Assembly: GCF_039654945.1 (NCBI RefSeq)
Contig: NW_027361675.1
Span: forward strand, 25,854,001 to 25,918,000
Direction: 5' to 3'
DNA length: 64,000 nucleotides
Source: Dendrobates tinctorius
Lineage: Eukaryota
Part shown: positions 38,953 to 50,921 of the stretch, one piece after another
Layout: every line of letters begins with the position of its first letter
How positions within the stretch are numbered: the first letter of the stretch is position 1
Translations under genes and position numbers: made by a program
The notes under the pieces: generated by a model
Told to the model about the DNA's origin: nothing
Database searches by the model: none
The model's input: only the letters and a program-made list of their open reading frames with translations

Positions 38953-39300
38953 TAACAGTATGTCTTTTGGAATGTGGGAAGAAACCCACGCAAACAGTGT
39001 CTGAGCTATATGAAAAGCCAATCGGTGGTCATTACCAGGATTATTTGGCAGGCAGACATCTTGTATTATCGGCTGCCCACCATGGGGGGGAAGTGCTGTT
39101 ACAATTTTACATGTGCATAAAGAGATCATAGCACAATAGATTTGCTTGTTCACTGGGTCAGTGTTAACATGTTAAGAGGGTAGAGGCAATTGGGACCTTG
39201 GTCCCACTGATCAGTGTCTTAAAGTTTAGATACTTCCATCTTTGGAAGTTTCCTGCTGATCTGAGGTCTATAGCAGGGTTTACTAGACTGGATCTGTTAA

Positions 39301-39832
39301 CCACTTAATGACCAGAGCTTTTTTCAGGGGTTTTTTGTTTTCGCTCCACTTCTTCCCAGAATCATAACTTTTTTATTTTTCCATCAATATGGCCATGTGA
39401 GGACTTGTTTTCAAGTGCGGTGAAATTGCAAAAAAAAGTGCAATCCCACACTTTTTTTTTTTTTTTTTTTTTTTTGGCTTTTTTTTTTACTAGGTTCACT
39501 AAATAATAAAACTGACCTGCCATTATGATTCTCCAGGTCATGGAGTGGGTTTTTTTTTTTTTTTTTTTAAATCTAGGTGGTGAGAATTCCAAAATTGGCT
39601 AAAAAAATTATGCGCCACTTTCCAATACCTGTAGCGTCCCCATTTTTCGTGATCTCTGGTTGGGTGAGGGCTTAATTTTTTGTGTGCCGAGCTGACGTTT
39701 TTAATACCATTTTGGTGCAGATATGATCTTTTGATCGCCCGTTATAGCATTTTAATGCAATGTTGCGGTGACCAAAAAAGTGCTTCTGACTATCTTTTTC
39801 CTGCTATATCGTTTAGCAATCGGATTAATCCT

Positions 39833-39875
<43 letters not shown>

Positions 39876-40481
39876 ATCGGGCAATTCTAAACGCGATACC
39901 TAATGGTTTTTTGTTTTTTTTTTTGGAAGGGGGGGTAACTTAAACTTTTATAGTCTATTTTTTTTCATATCTTTTTTTTTTTTTAAAAAAAACTTTTTTA
40001 TTTTGGCATTCTTCAATAGCCTCCATGGGAGGCTAGAAGCATGCACAATTTGATCGGCTCTGCTACATAAAGGCAATGAGCAGATCACCACCTATGTAGC
40101 AGAATTACAGCATTGCTATGAGCACTGACCACTGGGTGGCACTCAGATCAATCTGGCATCAACAGCCATATAGGTCTCAAGGAGACCTCTGGTTGTCATG
40201 CCAACGCATTGCTAACCCACAATCACATGACAGGGGTTGGCGATGCGTGTATTTCCAGGCTGGAAGCGCTGGTTAAATGCCGCTGTCTGCATTTGACAGC
40301 AGCATGTAACGTGTTAATAGGCGCCGGTAGATCGTGATTCCACCTGTGCCTATTGTGGGCACATGTCAGCTGTTCAAAAAAGCTGACATGTCCTGGCTTT
40401 GATGCAGGCTCACCGCCAGAGCCTTCATCAAAGTGGGGATCTGACCTTGGATGAACTATTGTGTCTAAGGTCAGAAAGGGG
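39301..40481. mobile_element. Non-autonomous TTAA-type DNA transposon
   Basis: ttaa-ccacttaatgacc ... ggtcagaaagggg-ttaa. Confidence 0.75.
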
Positions 40482-40542
40482 TTAAACTACAGTAATGTAG
40501 CCACTGTTTAGGTTGATTCACAATGGTTGCTTTTGTTGACTG

Positions 40543-40675
40543 ACGCATGTTTACCGAGGGCTGCAGCTAGTATGTAGCAGCAGCTTTTCCAACGACATGC
40601 AAGATAAACGGTGGGGCTTTGACAGGTTGGGTCTTAATCTGGTGCCTGAAGCTGTCACTCTACCCACCTACAAAG
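40543..40675 (+). ncRNA. SNORA44: H/ACA snoRNA, SNORA44 homologue
   Basis: gcatgttt..agggctg...ccaac..catgc, H box agataa 40602, ctttgacag...gctgtcactc, ACA at 40670; about 85 nt upstream of acceptor 40759. Confidence 0.88.
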
Positions 40676-41047
40676 TTCTGACAGTTACCATCACTGTCCT
40701 AATCTTATTTAATCTTTCACCCTTTGCAATGATTAATCTTCTGTGACCTTTATTTTCAGGTGTGCTGCTAGAAGCATTATTACCCAAAGGCTATAGATCA
40801 CTTGAGTGGTAAGTGCTTTTCAAATTAAAAGGGTTAAACAAAAGTAATAAGCGAGTGTGCACTCGCTGACTGGAACTGACAGCTGTGCATTAAATCCAGT
40901 GAAGTGAATGGACTAATGGTCCCACTTGCACACCTCTGCTCTAGCCATGTGGCCTTGAAGACCATTGTTGGGAGTATTGGTCCCAGTGGTGTGATCTCTG
41001 CAGTCACTGCTTTGCATAGTTAACATCTATATGATGGTGGGTTTTGT

Positions 41048-41115
41048 CTGGTCTGTGATGACCAATTACTTTGGAGACTGTTGGATGACTCCTGCGGATA
41101 TGGGACTGAGGCCGG
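41048..41115 (+). ncRNA. SNORD99: C/D snoRNA, SNORD99 homologue
   Basis: Box C gtgatga 41055, guide tgcggatatggga, box D ctga 41106, terminal stem ctggtct/ggccgg. Confidence 0.9.
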
Positions 41116-41790
41116 CAATGTCCACCAATAACATGTTGATGATCTGTGAACTATAATTTGTGGTTTTCACAACTTGGCGATTGAGGATGGCTTGTGGTGT
41201 GATTTGTGGTTCTCCAAGAATATAAGGAATTACGGATGTCTTTCAATTGGCATATTGATGTCTACATAGGTAATTGTTGTAGGAGTGTGCAGTGTTCAAT
41301 TTTTAAGCTTGCTAAAAACAAGCTGTTTTTCAGTACAAATGCAGCCAACATGGTTATAAAGTACATGGCTGTTTCTTTATAATGTAGAGGTTCAATACCC
41401 TAGCTTATCAAATATAAAGGAAGAATGCAACTCCTTGCTGACTTTTTTTTTTTTTTTTTTTCTTTCAACCTTTCAGGTAAACTTGATACTCACAGCTTTC
41501 AACATGGATGGTGAGTTACAAAATTACTTCTGTATGCCTTCCACTAAATGAAATGCTATATCCAGCAGACTGATGCATAAATTTGTACATTGGTCAATGA
41601 TGTCTTGTTTTTTATGCTTATCCTGCAGCATTCAGTTGTGGCTTAAAGTGAACCTGTCAGCAGGATTGTGCTCAGTAAACTATAGTCAGGTTGGTGCTGT
41701 AAGGCTGAGTTCACACTAGGTGTTCTTCCTGCATTTTTCTGCAGTAAAGGAGCTGTGGCAAAAAAACACAGGACTTGGTGCGTTGCATGC

Positions 41791-41831
<41 letters not shown>

Positions 41832-42109
41832 TCAGTTCTGTAAATAACTCTGACAGTAACATGCTCTGTCCAAAAAACCATGCAAAGCACAAAATACTGA
41901 TGACAAACCAAGCTGTGTGCGTGAGATCTCTGAAGTTGTCTCATAGGCTTTTGCTGGTACCATAAAATGCAACTGAAAATTGGCATAAATGCCCAGTGTG
42001 AACTTCGCCTTGTACTAATTAGTGATACCTTGGTTGATATTCTTCTTGTGGTGGTTGTGTAATCTTCAGTTAGATTCATGTGCTCCGGGTCAGCATGTGG
42101 GGCGGCTTT

Positions 42110-43068
42110 ACATTACACTGGCTGCCCATTCATTATAGGATCCAATTCAAAGTACTTGTTCTCTTCCACAAAGCTGTCCACGGTGCGGCACCCCCTTACA
42201 TATTCCTCCATTTCTGTCTATCAGCCTAGCCGATCGCTGCACTCTGCAAACGACTTTCGACTAACCTCTGCACTAATCCGAACCTCCCACTCCCGAATCC
42301 AAGACTTCTCCCGTGCTGCTCCTATCCTCTAGAATGCTCTACCTCAAGAAATTAGGACTAACCACAATTTGCATAGCTTTAGGCGCTCCCTCAAAATACA
42401 TTTGTTCAGAGCGGATTATCACTTTCATTAATCAGTCATTCTGTGTAAGGGTACCGTTACACCTAGCGATGTACCAGCGATCCTGACGAGCGATATGATG
42501 CGGTCAGGATCGCTGGTGCATCGCTAGTGAGCTGCCACACAGGCAGATCTCACCAGCGACATCGCTGGGGACGGGGATCGCTACTTACCTGTCAGACGCG
42601 GCGATCCTGACGTCCTCCTGCCCGGCTCCACGCGTCGCAGGAAGTGACCAACAAGGAATGGTCCAGGAGCTTCTCGCGCGACCAGCGATAATCAGCGGGG
42701 GAGCCGGTCGGAGGTAAATATCACATGCAGCAATATCGCTGCTACGTCACAAAATCGGTGACTTTACAGCGATATTGCTAGCGATATCGCAGTGTGTAAC
42801 GGGGGCTTTAGTGTGTGTCGCCCATTCACTATCTCATCAATCCTTCACTCCCTCAAGATGGCTGGACCATCAATGTAAATACACACCTGTACTTTGTATC
42901 TCCCTCACCTCATTGTAGATTGTAAGCTCTCATGAGCAGGGTCGTCTTATTTCGTCTTTTGCTTTAATTATTGTATTGTTAACGATGTTACTTTTATGAC
43001 TTGTGTTTTGAAACTGTTAAACTGAAGTGCTGTGGAATATGTTGGTGCGATATAAATAAAGATTATAT
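42110..43068 (+). mobile_element. L2 LINE 3' fragment with a Harbinger-type MITE inserted at 42449-42807
   Basis: cactggctgccc, SHSRIQDFSRA, L2 3' tail; MITE ends gggtaccgttacac / gtgtaacgggggct. Confidence 0.8.
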
Positions 43069-44490
43069 TCATCTGTACAGGCTTATGACAGATCCTTCAG
43101 TCACCTGCCCCTATTTTACATACTGCATGTTCTATGTTAATTTAAATAAAAAAAAAAATCTCTGAGCATAATGGTGGTGGCACCTGCACAGTAATGTGTA
43201 GCATTATGCCTCAGATATTGCTGTTAAATTAACCATTAAATTGGCAGCTGCTACAATGCATGCACAATAACGCCTGTCATGTTCTGATGGATGATGCTAC
43301 ATCAGTGCCATTATACTGAAGCCCAGTTTCTTTTTTTCTTCTCTATAAAAAATGGCAGTAGCATATATCAGAATGTGATAGCTGCTACTGCACATGTGCC
43401 TTTGCTGGCACCTTTTTAATGTAGGTGTTCTTACGCAGTAATGGAGGCATAATGCTATACATGCTTACTGCATAGGTTCACTATTCTGCTCAAAGGAAAC
43501 TTGTTTCATATTTGCAGTAACTGGTGACCTGTCAGAAACCATACAAATGAATATGTAAGCAGAGCACCACACAGACCTCTCCCCCTACACAGGCTGCCCC
43601 GGAGCACAAGAAGCTCTTAAAATGAGAACAAAGATTAAACCACCACAGGATGGAAATCATCAAATGGCTCCCCCATAGCCTGGAAGAGGTCATCTATGCA
43701 AAGTGATAAAATGATTTCTCAACAAGACATCTGATATGAGGCATACAGTGACTTTCTTCCAGCATTCTATAACTTGTATGCCTATATGAAAAGTTAAAAG
43801 AAAATCAAATATTGGGAGATTCCCTTTAACAATGACAAGGTCAGACTGCTGTAAGAACTCATTGTAAATTGTTCACAAAGTTAATAGCTTTTATCACTTG
43901 GCTAATGGCACATCCTGTTGCATGGTTTATACAAGGGTGTTTACTTTATGACCACCCAAAGGAAAGTCTAACCAAGTTTGGTCTTTCCTTTCTGAGGGCA
44001 GATCCTAGGGCAATCTGGTACTCTAGACCTAACAATGTCCTGTTCATTGGCAGAAAGCTGACAACTATCAATGGTTGTGTGCATGGAGGCCACAGTTTTT
44101 GAATATTAAACATAGCAGGAGCTTGTTGTGAGGATTAAGAGCTGCAGCTGACTGTTCTCAAAACTACAGCAGGAAGCTCAGAATGTGACATACTGCTGAA
44201 ATTGGTGATTCAGCCTTATATTACAGATTTACTGTATAATCGTCAGTTTAACACTGCCTACCTAGCCTTACTGACTGCTCCAGTGTCTCTTCAGCAGTTA
44301 GTCTGGGTGGTTGTAGTAAATGCTCTTGTGAGCTGTCATTTTATTGCTGGACTCATAAAATTCTCAATATGCGAGCTATCAATTGTCTGAGATAGAAGTA
44401 AAATGTCAGGTCTAAGATTTAATTAGTGATGTATGTAGTCTTCTATTGTCAGACATGCTTTGACTTCTTGCTGTAAGGATGTGGACAACT

Positions 44491-44563
44491 GATACATGAT
44501 GAAAACAAAACAATAGCTGGAATTACCGGCAGAAACTTCTTGTTGATAACTGTTTTCTGACTG
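44491..44563 (+). ncRNA. SNORD65: C/D snoRNA, SNORD65 homologue (18S Um627 guide)
   Basis: Box C atgatga 44496; guide aatagctggaattaccg complementary to 18S CGGTAATTCCAGCT; box D 44557; about 80 nt upstream of acceptor. Confidence 0.9.
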
Positions 44564-44733
44564 TCCTGTTTGTCTTATTATGATGTGGTGTAATTACAAA
44601 CCTGCCCAACTAACCTGCTTCATTATTTCACTTCTCCAGGGACATGCATTGGATGGAAGTCAGATGTTCTATAAGATCAGGTATGTTATTACTATTCCAC
44701 CTGATGAATGGGTGGTGAGAGTGCTACAAAAGA

Positions 44734-44808
44734 CTGATATGATGAGACTCTGGAATAGGAAGTGCCGTCAGATGCGATAACTGACGATGATTTTCCACTC
44801 TGACTTGC
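44734..44808 (+). ncRNA. SNORD49: C/D snoRNA, SNORD49 homologue
   Basis: Box C atgatga 44739; aataggaagtgccgtcaga..cgataactgacga matches recalled U49; box D 44800; external stem aaagactg/cagtcttt. Confidence 0.9.
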
Positions 44809-45742
44809 AGTCTTTAATTATACTGGTCATTTGCGCAAGGCTTGGACATGTCTGTCCATCTAGAGAACTCTTCACCAGCTAGGCTTAAGGAGGACATGTA
44901 TACAATTAGTCATACAACTATTAATCACCAGACTTGCTTAAAGGTCTAAGTGCTAGATCTCAAATTCTACATCAACATGGCTTAAAGAGGTTTTGCTTCA
45001 ATTTTACAATGACCTATCAGTCTCCTCTTTCCCTCAACCAGCTATCTGTAGCATTGGCTGCCAGCATGAAGTGCTCACCTGCTGAGCTGACCATCTACTC
45101 ATAGTGGCTGGGGCTTGGTACTGCACATCTGCCTCCTATTCAAATCAATAAGAGGCAGATGTGGTGGCCACAGGGTACTGCACACAAGTGAATGGAGCAG
45201 CTCAGCGGGGGTACTTCTGGCCAACTCCAGAACAGCTGATCAGCAGAGGTGGCTGGGTGTTGGACCTTGGCTGATCAGACATTGATTACCTATCTGCAGG
45301 ATAGGTAATGTAAAAGTGGTGGACAACCTCTATCTAGATGTTAATATTACAGATTGTACACTTAAAGGGGTTCTCTGAGAATTGTTATACTTTTTCTAAC
45401 TGCTTTTAGCTAAAAGATTTGTTCTCTTTATCTTATGCACTGTTGAGATTGTAATGGTGGCAGCTTCCATAAATGTGTAAGAACATCCGCTTGAGACATC
45501 AGGTCAGAGCAGCATCTTGCCAGGCATCATGAATTTGCATCCCTCTTTTGTCAACTTGACAGACTTTAGCTAACACAATGAACATCCATCTTGCAGTGCA
45601 GGGAGTACCTGTGTCTCCATGAAGCCCATTCTAGGATGGCTGCACAATGCTGGCTGAAAGCTGCCATCTTTAAAATCCTTTCAAAATGCACTACAAATTT
45701 TGCAAGTTTTTGCTAAATAAAGGTATTTGGAAAAATGTTTAA

Positions 45743-46294
45743 AGGGGTTGTCCAGATCAGTCTGCATACTGGCTGGCAGTATGTCTAAGGCCGGTTTCAC
45801 ATTTGCGTTAAAGGCCGCAGTGTCGGCCTGCGCACAGCCGCCACTAAGCCCTGCCGCGCCTCCGCCGGTAGCTCCGCCTCCGGGCGCATGACGCTGCATG
45901 TGTCCCCTATCTTTATCACTGAGGATGCAGGCCGTGCGCAGAATGCGTTTGGCGGCGCCTGTGTTCTTTTGACGGTGCGCCGAGCGCAACCAAACTGCAA
46001 CAGGTTGCCTTTGGCTCCGGTCAGCACACCGTCAAAAGGACGCAGGCACCGCCAAAACGCATACTGTGCACGGCCTGCATCCTCAGTGATAAAGATAGGG
46101 GATGCAGCGTCATGCGCCCGGAGGCACGGCAGGGGCGGGGCTTGGCGGTGGCCGTGTGCAGGCCGCTGCTGCCTTTAACGCAAATGTGAAACTGGCCTTA
46201 CTCGTACATGAATCCCTGCAGTGCATGCACTGGGGGAATTCAGAAGTCTGCAGTCGGTGACTGCAGACTTAATGGTTTGGACTGCACAACCCCT
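45743..46294. mobile_element. T2/Kolobok-type MITE with nested foldback Harbinger MITE (45789-46197)
   Basis: ttaa-aggggttg...caacccct-ttaa; inner ggccggtttcacatttgcg / cgcaaatgtgaaactggcc. Confidence 0.8.
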
Positions 46295-47184
46295 TTAAGG
46301 GTGATGTCTCTCAAACCCTTAATTGCAATTTACAGTTGATGGTGACAAGTAGGTTGCTGGCTGACTTCCCCAAATGATGCAGTGTGGATGTTCATACATG
46401 TCTTTAATGTCTGCTACAAAGTAATTTAAAATATGATTTATATTTTTTTTTTTTTCTTGTACAGGTTTGATACCAAAGGACATCTGAGATGGAAGCTGTT
46501 AAACTCGTCAATGATAACCTTCTAACTGGTGGACCTACTAAATGAGATTCAGATACAGGACTAGGCCTCAGTCTTTGCCTTTACATGTACTTGATTCTTG
46601 GAAATAACTTGTTTGATTTTCATAGTATACATGTTAGATCTGAGGCTCCAGCACATGGTGGTCTACAAAAGAGAAGCTGAAGTTTGACACTAATGAGGAT
46701 TTTATAATAAACCTGAATTTCTGAAAACTCTTGTTAGTGGTGGTCTCCTCTATATTCACTAATACATTTTTCTTAAGTGCATACTGTTTTTGCCCTTCTT
46801 CTATACCTTAGTGCCACTGTTTATAGAGTGAGATGTAGATTATTCATTCACTTGTAAAATGTGTACCCCCATCTGGCTTTATTTGCTCCTGAATCAACCA
46901 TAAGAAGCAGTCTGTAAAGGGTGTGTTGGCAGTTCATGGTTTCTGCATCTCTTCCTGTAACTTGCTAATTTGGGTATTAACCCCTTCCTGACATGCACTG
47001 TACATATTCTGCTCTGCAGGAGCTGCATACCCATAAACTGCAGTATAGGTAGTGGAGTGATCACATGGCCTCGTGCTGAGCGCAGTGACGATTGGTTGCG
47101 GGTGTGAACTGACACCCTGCAGCAACGGCTACAATCGTTGCTAGCACCAGTCACTGGTGTTTAACCCTCCTGATGCTGCAGTTA

Positions 47185-49372
47185 ATAAAAAACTTTATTT
47201 CTATAGCGCTGACATATTCTGCAGCACTTTACATTTCAGAGGGGACTTGTACAGACAATAGATATTACAGCATAACAATAGTCAACATAGATCATAACAG
47301 ATACCAAGAGGGATGAGGGCCCTGCTCGCAAGCTTACAATCTGAGGAAAAAAGGTAGACACGAAAGGTGGATGGTAACAATTACCCTGATTGTGTGGACC
47401 AGCCAAAACGTTAAGTGTGTAACAGTACAAACACAGGGCTAATAGATGCATAAAGCATGTGGGAACATGATGCAGGGAACCTGGCTATGGTAAAACTTTT
47501 GACTGTGCCACACGGGGATAGTTAGGTTAATGTGTTGAGGCGAAATAAGGCTGGGTTCACACGTAGCGGAACTATCGTGGAAATTACCGAGAATTTCAAA
47601 TTCCATTTCGTGGGAAAATCGCATTTTAAATTCCTGAGATTTTCCTGCCAAAAAACTAGCCTTTTGCAAGCGTAATTAGCTTGCAGAATTGCTAGCGTTT
47701 TCCAAACAATCTGTAGCATTGCTTGGAGAACTGATTGACAGGTTGGTCACACTCGTCAAACATAGCGTTTGAGTGACCAACTTTTTACTATTGAGGCTGC
47801 CTATGCGGCATCAATAGTAAAAGATTGTAAAAAAAAATTATTTAAAAAAATTGTTCTCACCTTCCGACATCCCGCACAGCTTTCCTGCCTCTCAACGCTC
47901 CCGGTCCCAGAAATCCTTTGTGACAATTACCGCGATGACGTCCGTTCTCGCGGGATTGCGACGACTGAGACTTCGCGATCCCGCAAGAACGGACGTCATC
48001 GCTTGCAAAGGCTTACTGGTACCAGGAGCATGGAGAGAGGATGTCGGAAGGTGAGAATAACAATATTTTTTATTTTAAATTCTATGTTTTACAGTGATAT
48101 GGTACCCAAAGCCCAGAGGACAGTCTCCTCTCCGGACAGTGGGTACCATCCGCAAATGTTCTGCTTACTTTTTGCATGGTGTGCACAGCCACATGCGGAA
48201 AGTAAGCAGAACAATGCATTCCTATGGGTGCAGGATCGCCACGATTCTGCAAAATTAATGAGCATGCTGCGTTTCTTACCGCGAAGCGATGCTACCGCAG
48301 CATTGCGGAATCCAATAGGAATGCATGGGATGCTTATTTTTCACGGCAAAATCGCGTGGTTAAAACTGCCATGGAAAAGCCAAAAAAAAATGCTACTTGT
48401 GAACTCAGCCTAAAAGTTTTCAGGGCATGCTTAAAATTGAGAGGATTGGGGACTAATTGTATTGACCTGGAAAGTGCATTCCAGAGAATTGGCACTGCAC
48501 GTGTATAGTCTTGGAGACTGGAGTGGGAGGTTCTGATTATTGAGGATGATAACCTCAGGTCATCAGCAGAACGGAAGGCACGGGTAGGGTGGTAGACTGA
48601 AACGAGGGAGGAGATATAGGATGGTGCTGATCCATGGAGAGCTTTGTGGGTGAGGGTAATAAGTTTGTACTGGATTCTGGAGTGGATGGGTAGCCAGTGT
48701 AATGACTGGCACAAGGTAGAGGCATTGGTGTAACAATTTGCGAGGATTATGATCCTGGCTGCAGCATTCAAGACAGATTGGAGGTGGGAGTTTGGTAAGA
48801 GGGAGACCGATTAAGAGAGTTGCAATAGCCCTGATGAGAATGAATAAGAGAAACCGTAAGTTTTTGTGGAATCAAAAGTAAAAAAAATTGAATGCTAGAA
48901 ATGTTTGAGGTGCAGATAACAAGAGCGAGCCAGTGATCGGATGTGGGGGGGCAAAGGAAAGCTCGGAGTTCAGTATGACCCCCAAGACAGCGGACATGTG
49001 CTGGGGAGTAATAGTAGAACCACACACAAACAAGCGGGAGGAAACAAGTTCAGTCTTTGACAGGTTCAGTTTCATAGTGAGGACATGATAGACACAGCGT
49101 TTAGACAATCACAGGTGTTTTCTAACAAGGCAGGCGTGATATCCGGAGAAGTGTATAATTGGGTATTGTCAGCATAGAGATGGTACTGGAAACCAAATCT
49201 ATGGATTGTTTGACCAATAGGGGCAGTATATGAAGCGAAGGGGGCATAGGACTGATCTTTGAGGAACCCCAACAGTAAGGGGAAGATGAGTAGGAGGAAC
49301 CAGCAAAAGATACAGTAAAGGAGCGGTCAGAGAGCTAGGAGGAAAACCAGGAGTTAGTATTGACTGCAACAT
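47185..49372 (-). mobile_element. 5'-truncated L2 LINE (same family as 14045-15331) interrupted by a Harbinger-type MITE at 47549-48410
   Basis: Minus-strand YADNTQLY and LHWLP; 3'UTR matches the 14-15 kb copy; MITE ends ggctgggttcacac / gtgaactcagcc. Confidence 0.88.
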
Positions 49373-49805
49373 TGAGGAGATTGCACATAGGAAGGGGGCT
49401 CCCTGTGTTCCATATGAACAACTCTATGTAATTGCGTTCTGATGGTCTCCATGGAGACCCCTGGCCCCAAGATGGCCACTGGGTCCTGCAGGGAAAGTGG
49501 TTTGAGAGTGCCTGTTGAGAGGAGGCATGGACTTTCCTCCTTCCCTGCCCATCAGATGCTGATTGATACTTGGCAGTGCAGAAGCATTGCAGAGTATCAA
49601 TCCGCAATCTTGGTGATGTCAAATAATGCGATACGTTACACTATTGATCCCGAGGGAAATTATGGTATCACAGCAGCGTTACAACAGTATTACAAACAAA
49701 ACATGAACAGCATTATATAGAGTAATTACTAGACACAGATTTTGCACATGACTAACCACAATACGTAACAAACAAAGGTGCACAAATCTCCGATCATTTC
49801 CCTTA

Positions 49806-50167
49806 GGGTACCGTGACACTTAGCGATGCACCAGCGATCCCGACCACGATATGACGCGGTCAGGATTGCTGGTGCATCGCTAAGTGGTTGCTAGTGAGCT
49901 GCCACACAGGCAGATCTCACCAGCGACATAGCAGCGGTCGCTACTTACCTGTCAGATGCGGGATCCTGACATCCATCCACGCGTCGCTCGTCATCACAGC
50001 AGGAAGTGGCCGACGAGAATCGACCCAGGACATTCTCGCGCGATCAGCGATAACCAGCGGGGGAGCCGGTCGGAGGTAAGTATCACACAGCGATATCGCT
50101 GCTGCGTCACAAAACTAGTGACGTTATATTGATATTGCTAGCGATATCGCTTAGTGTAACGGGCCCT
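49806..50167. mobile_element. Harbinger-type MITE (family of 42449-42807)
   Basis: gggtaccgtgacact / agtgtaacgggccct; TTA flanks. Confidence 0.8.
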
Positions 50168-50921
50168 TTAGTGCGCTAGCCCTAGGTCGTAGCCATCTTT
50201 CACCCTTAGTGAATTATACATCCCCATAGCAGTTGGCACAAATTATTTCCTGAATTTCTCCTTGCACCTTAATAGGATTAGACAGCTGCTGAATGTGCTC
50301 TTCTGATTCAAGAACAGTTTGTATAGTGGGTGTGTAGTATTGTTCATTATAGCCCAGCACTTTTGAGCCCTATCCTCTACTACCTCCTCAAAAGAGACAA
50401 GATGGAGGCCAACAGCCACACTTTCTTGATAAGTTTGTTGAGCTTATTAGCGTCAGCTACTCACACACTGCTGCCCCAGCAAATGATAGCACAAAAGATG
50501 GCGCTTGCTACAATGGACTGGTAGAACATTTCCAGCATTTTACTGCACACATTGAACGACCTGAGCTTCTGCAGAAAGTACAGTCTGCTCATTCCCTTCT
50601 TGTGAACCTTCTCTGTATGACACCTCCAGTCGAGTTTACTGTCAAGGTGAACCCCCAAATATTTGTAGCTCTCAACCATCTCCTCCTGGCCAGCAATAGT
50701 GATCGGTAAGTACTCATCCTTTTTCCTTCTATGGGTGTGTGCACACGCTGCGGATTCTGCTGTGGAATTTGCTAAATCCGCAGGTCAAAAGACATGCGGC
50801 TTAGCATGCGGTTTGACACCTCTACAATGGAGCAGGTGGGAAACTGCTGCGGATTCCGCACAAAGAAGTGCCTTGCTGCGGTTTTGAAACCGCAGAAAAT
50901 TCCACACAGTGTGCACTGCGG

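Larger units (their letters stand above)
36932..46730 (+). ncRNA. Non-coding 5'TOP snoRNA host gene (SNHG12-like); probable exons 36932-36960, 37033-37063, 37873-37889, 38110-38146, 40760-40808, 41477-41510, 44640-44680, 46465-about 46730
   Basis: Short AG/GT-bounded exons without a conserved ORF; intronic snoRNAs; AATAAA at 46706; exon set is inferred and may be incomplete. Confidence 0.8.

Noticed and set aside
40809-41047. SNORA61, expected between SNORA44 and SNORD99 from human order
   Set aside because: No recognisable similarity or H/ACA architecture; needs an Rfam scan.
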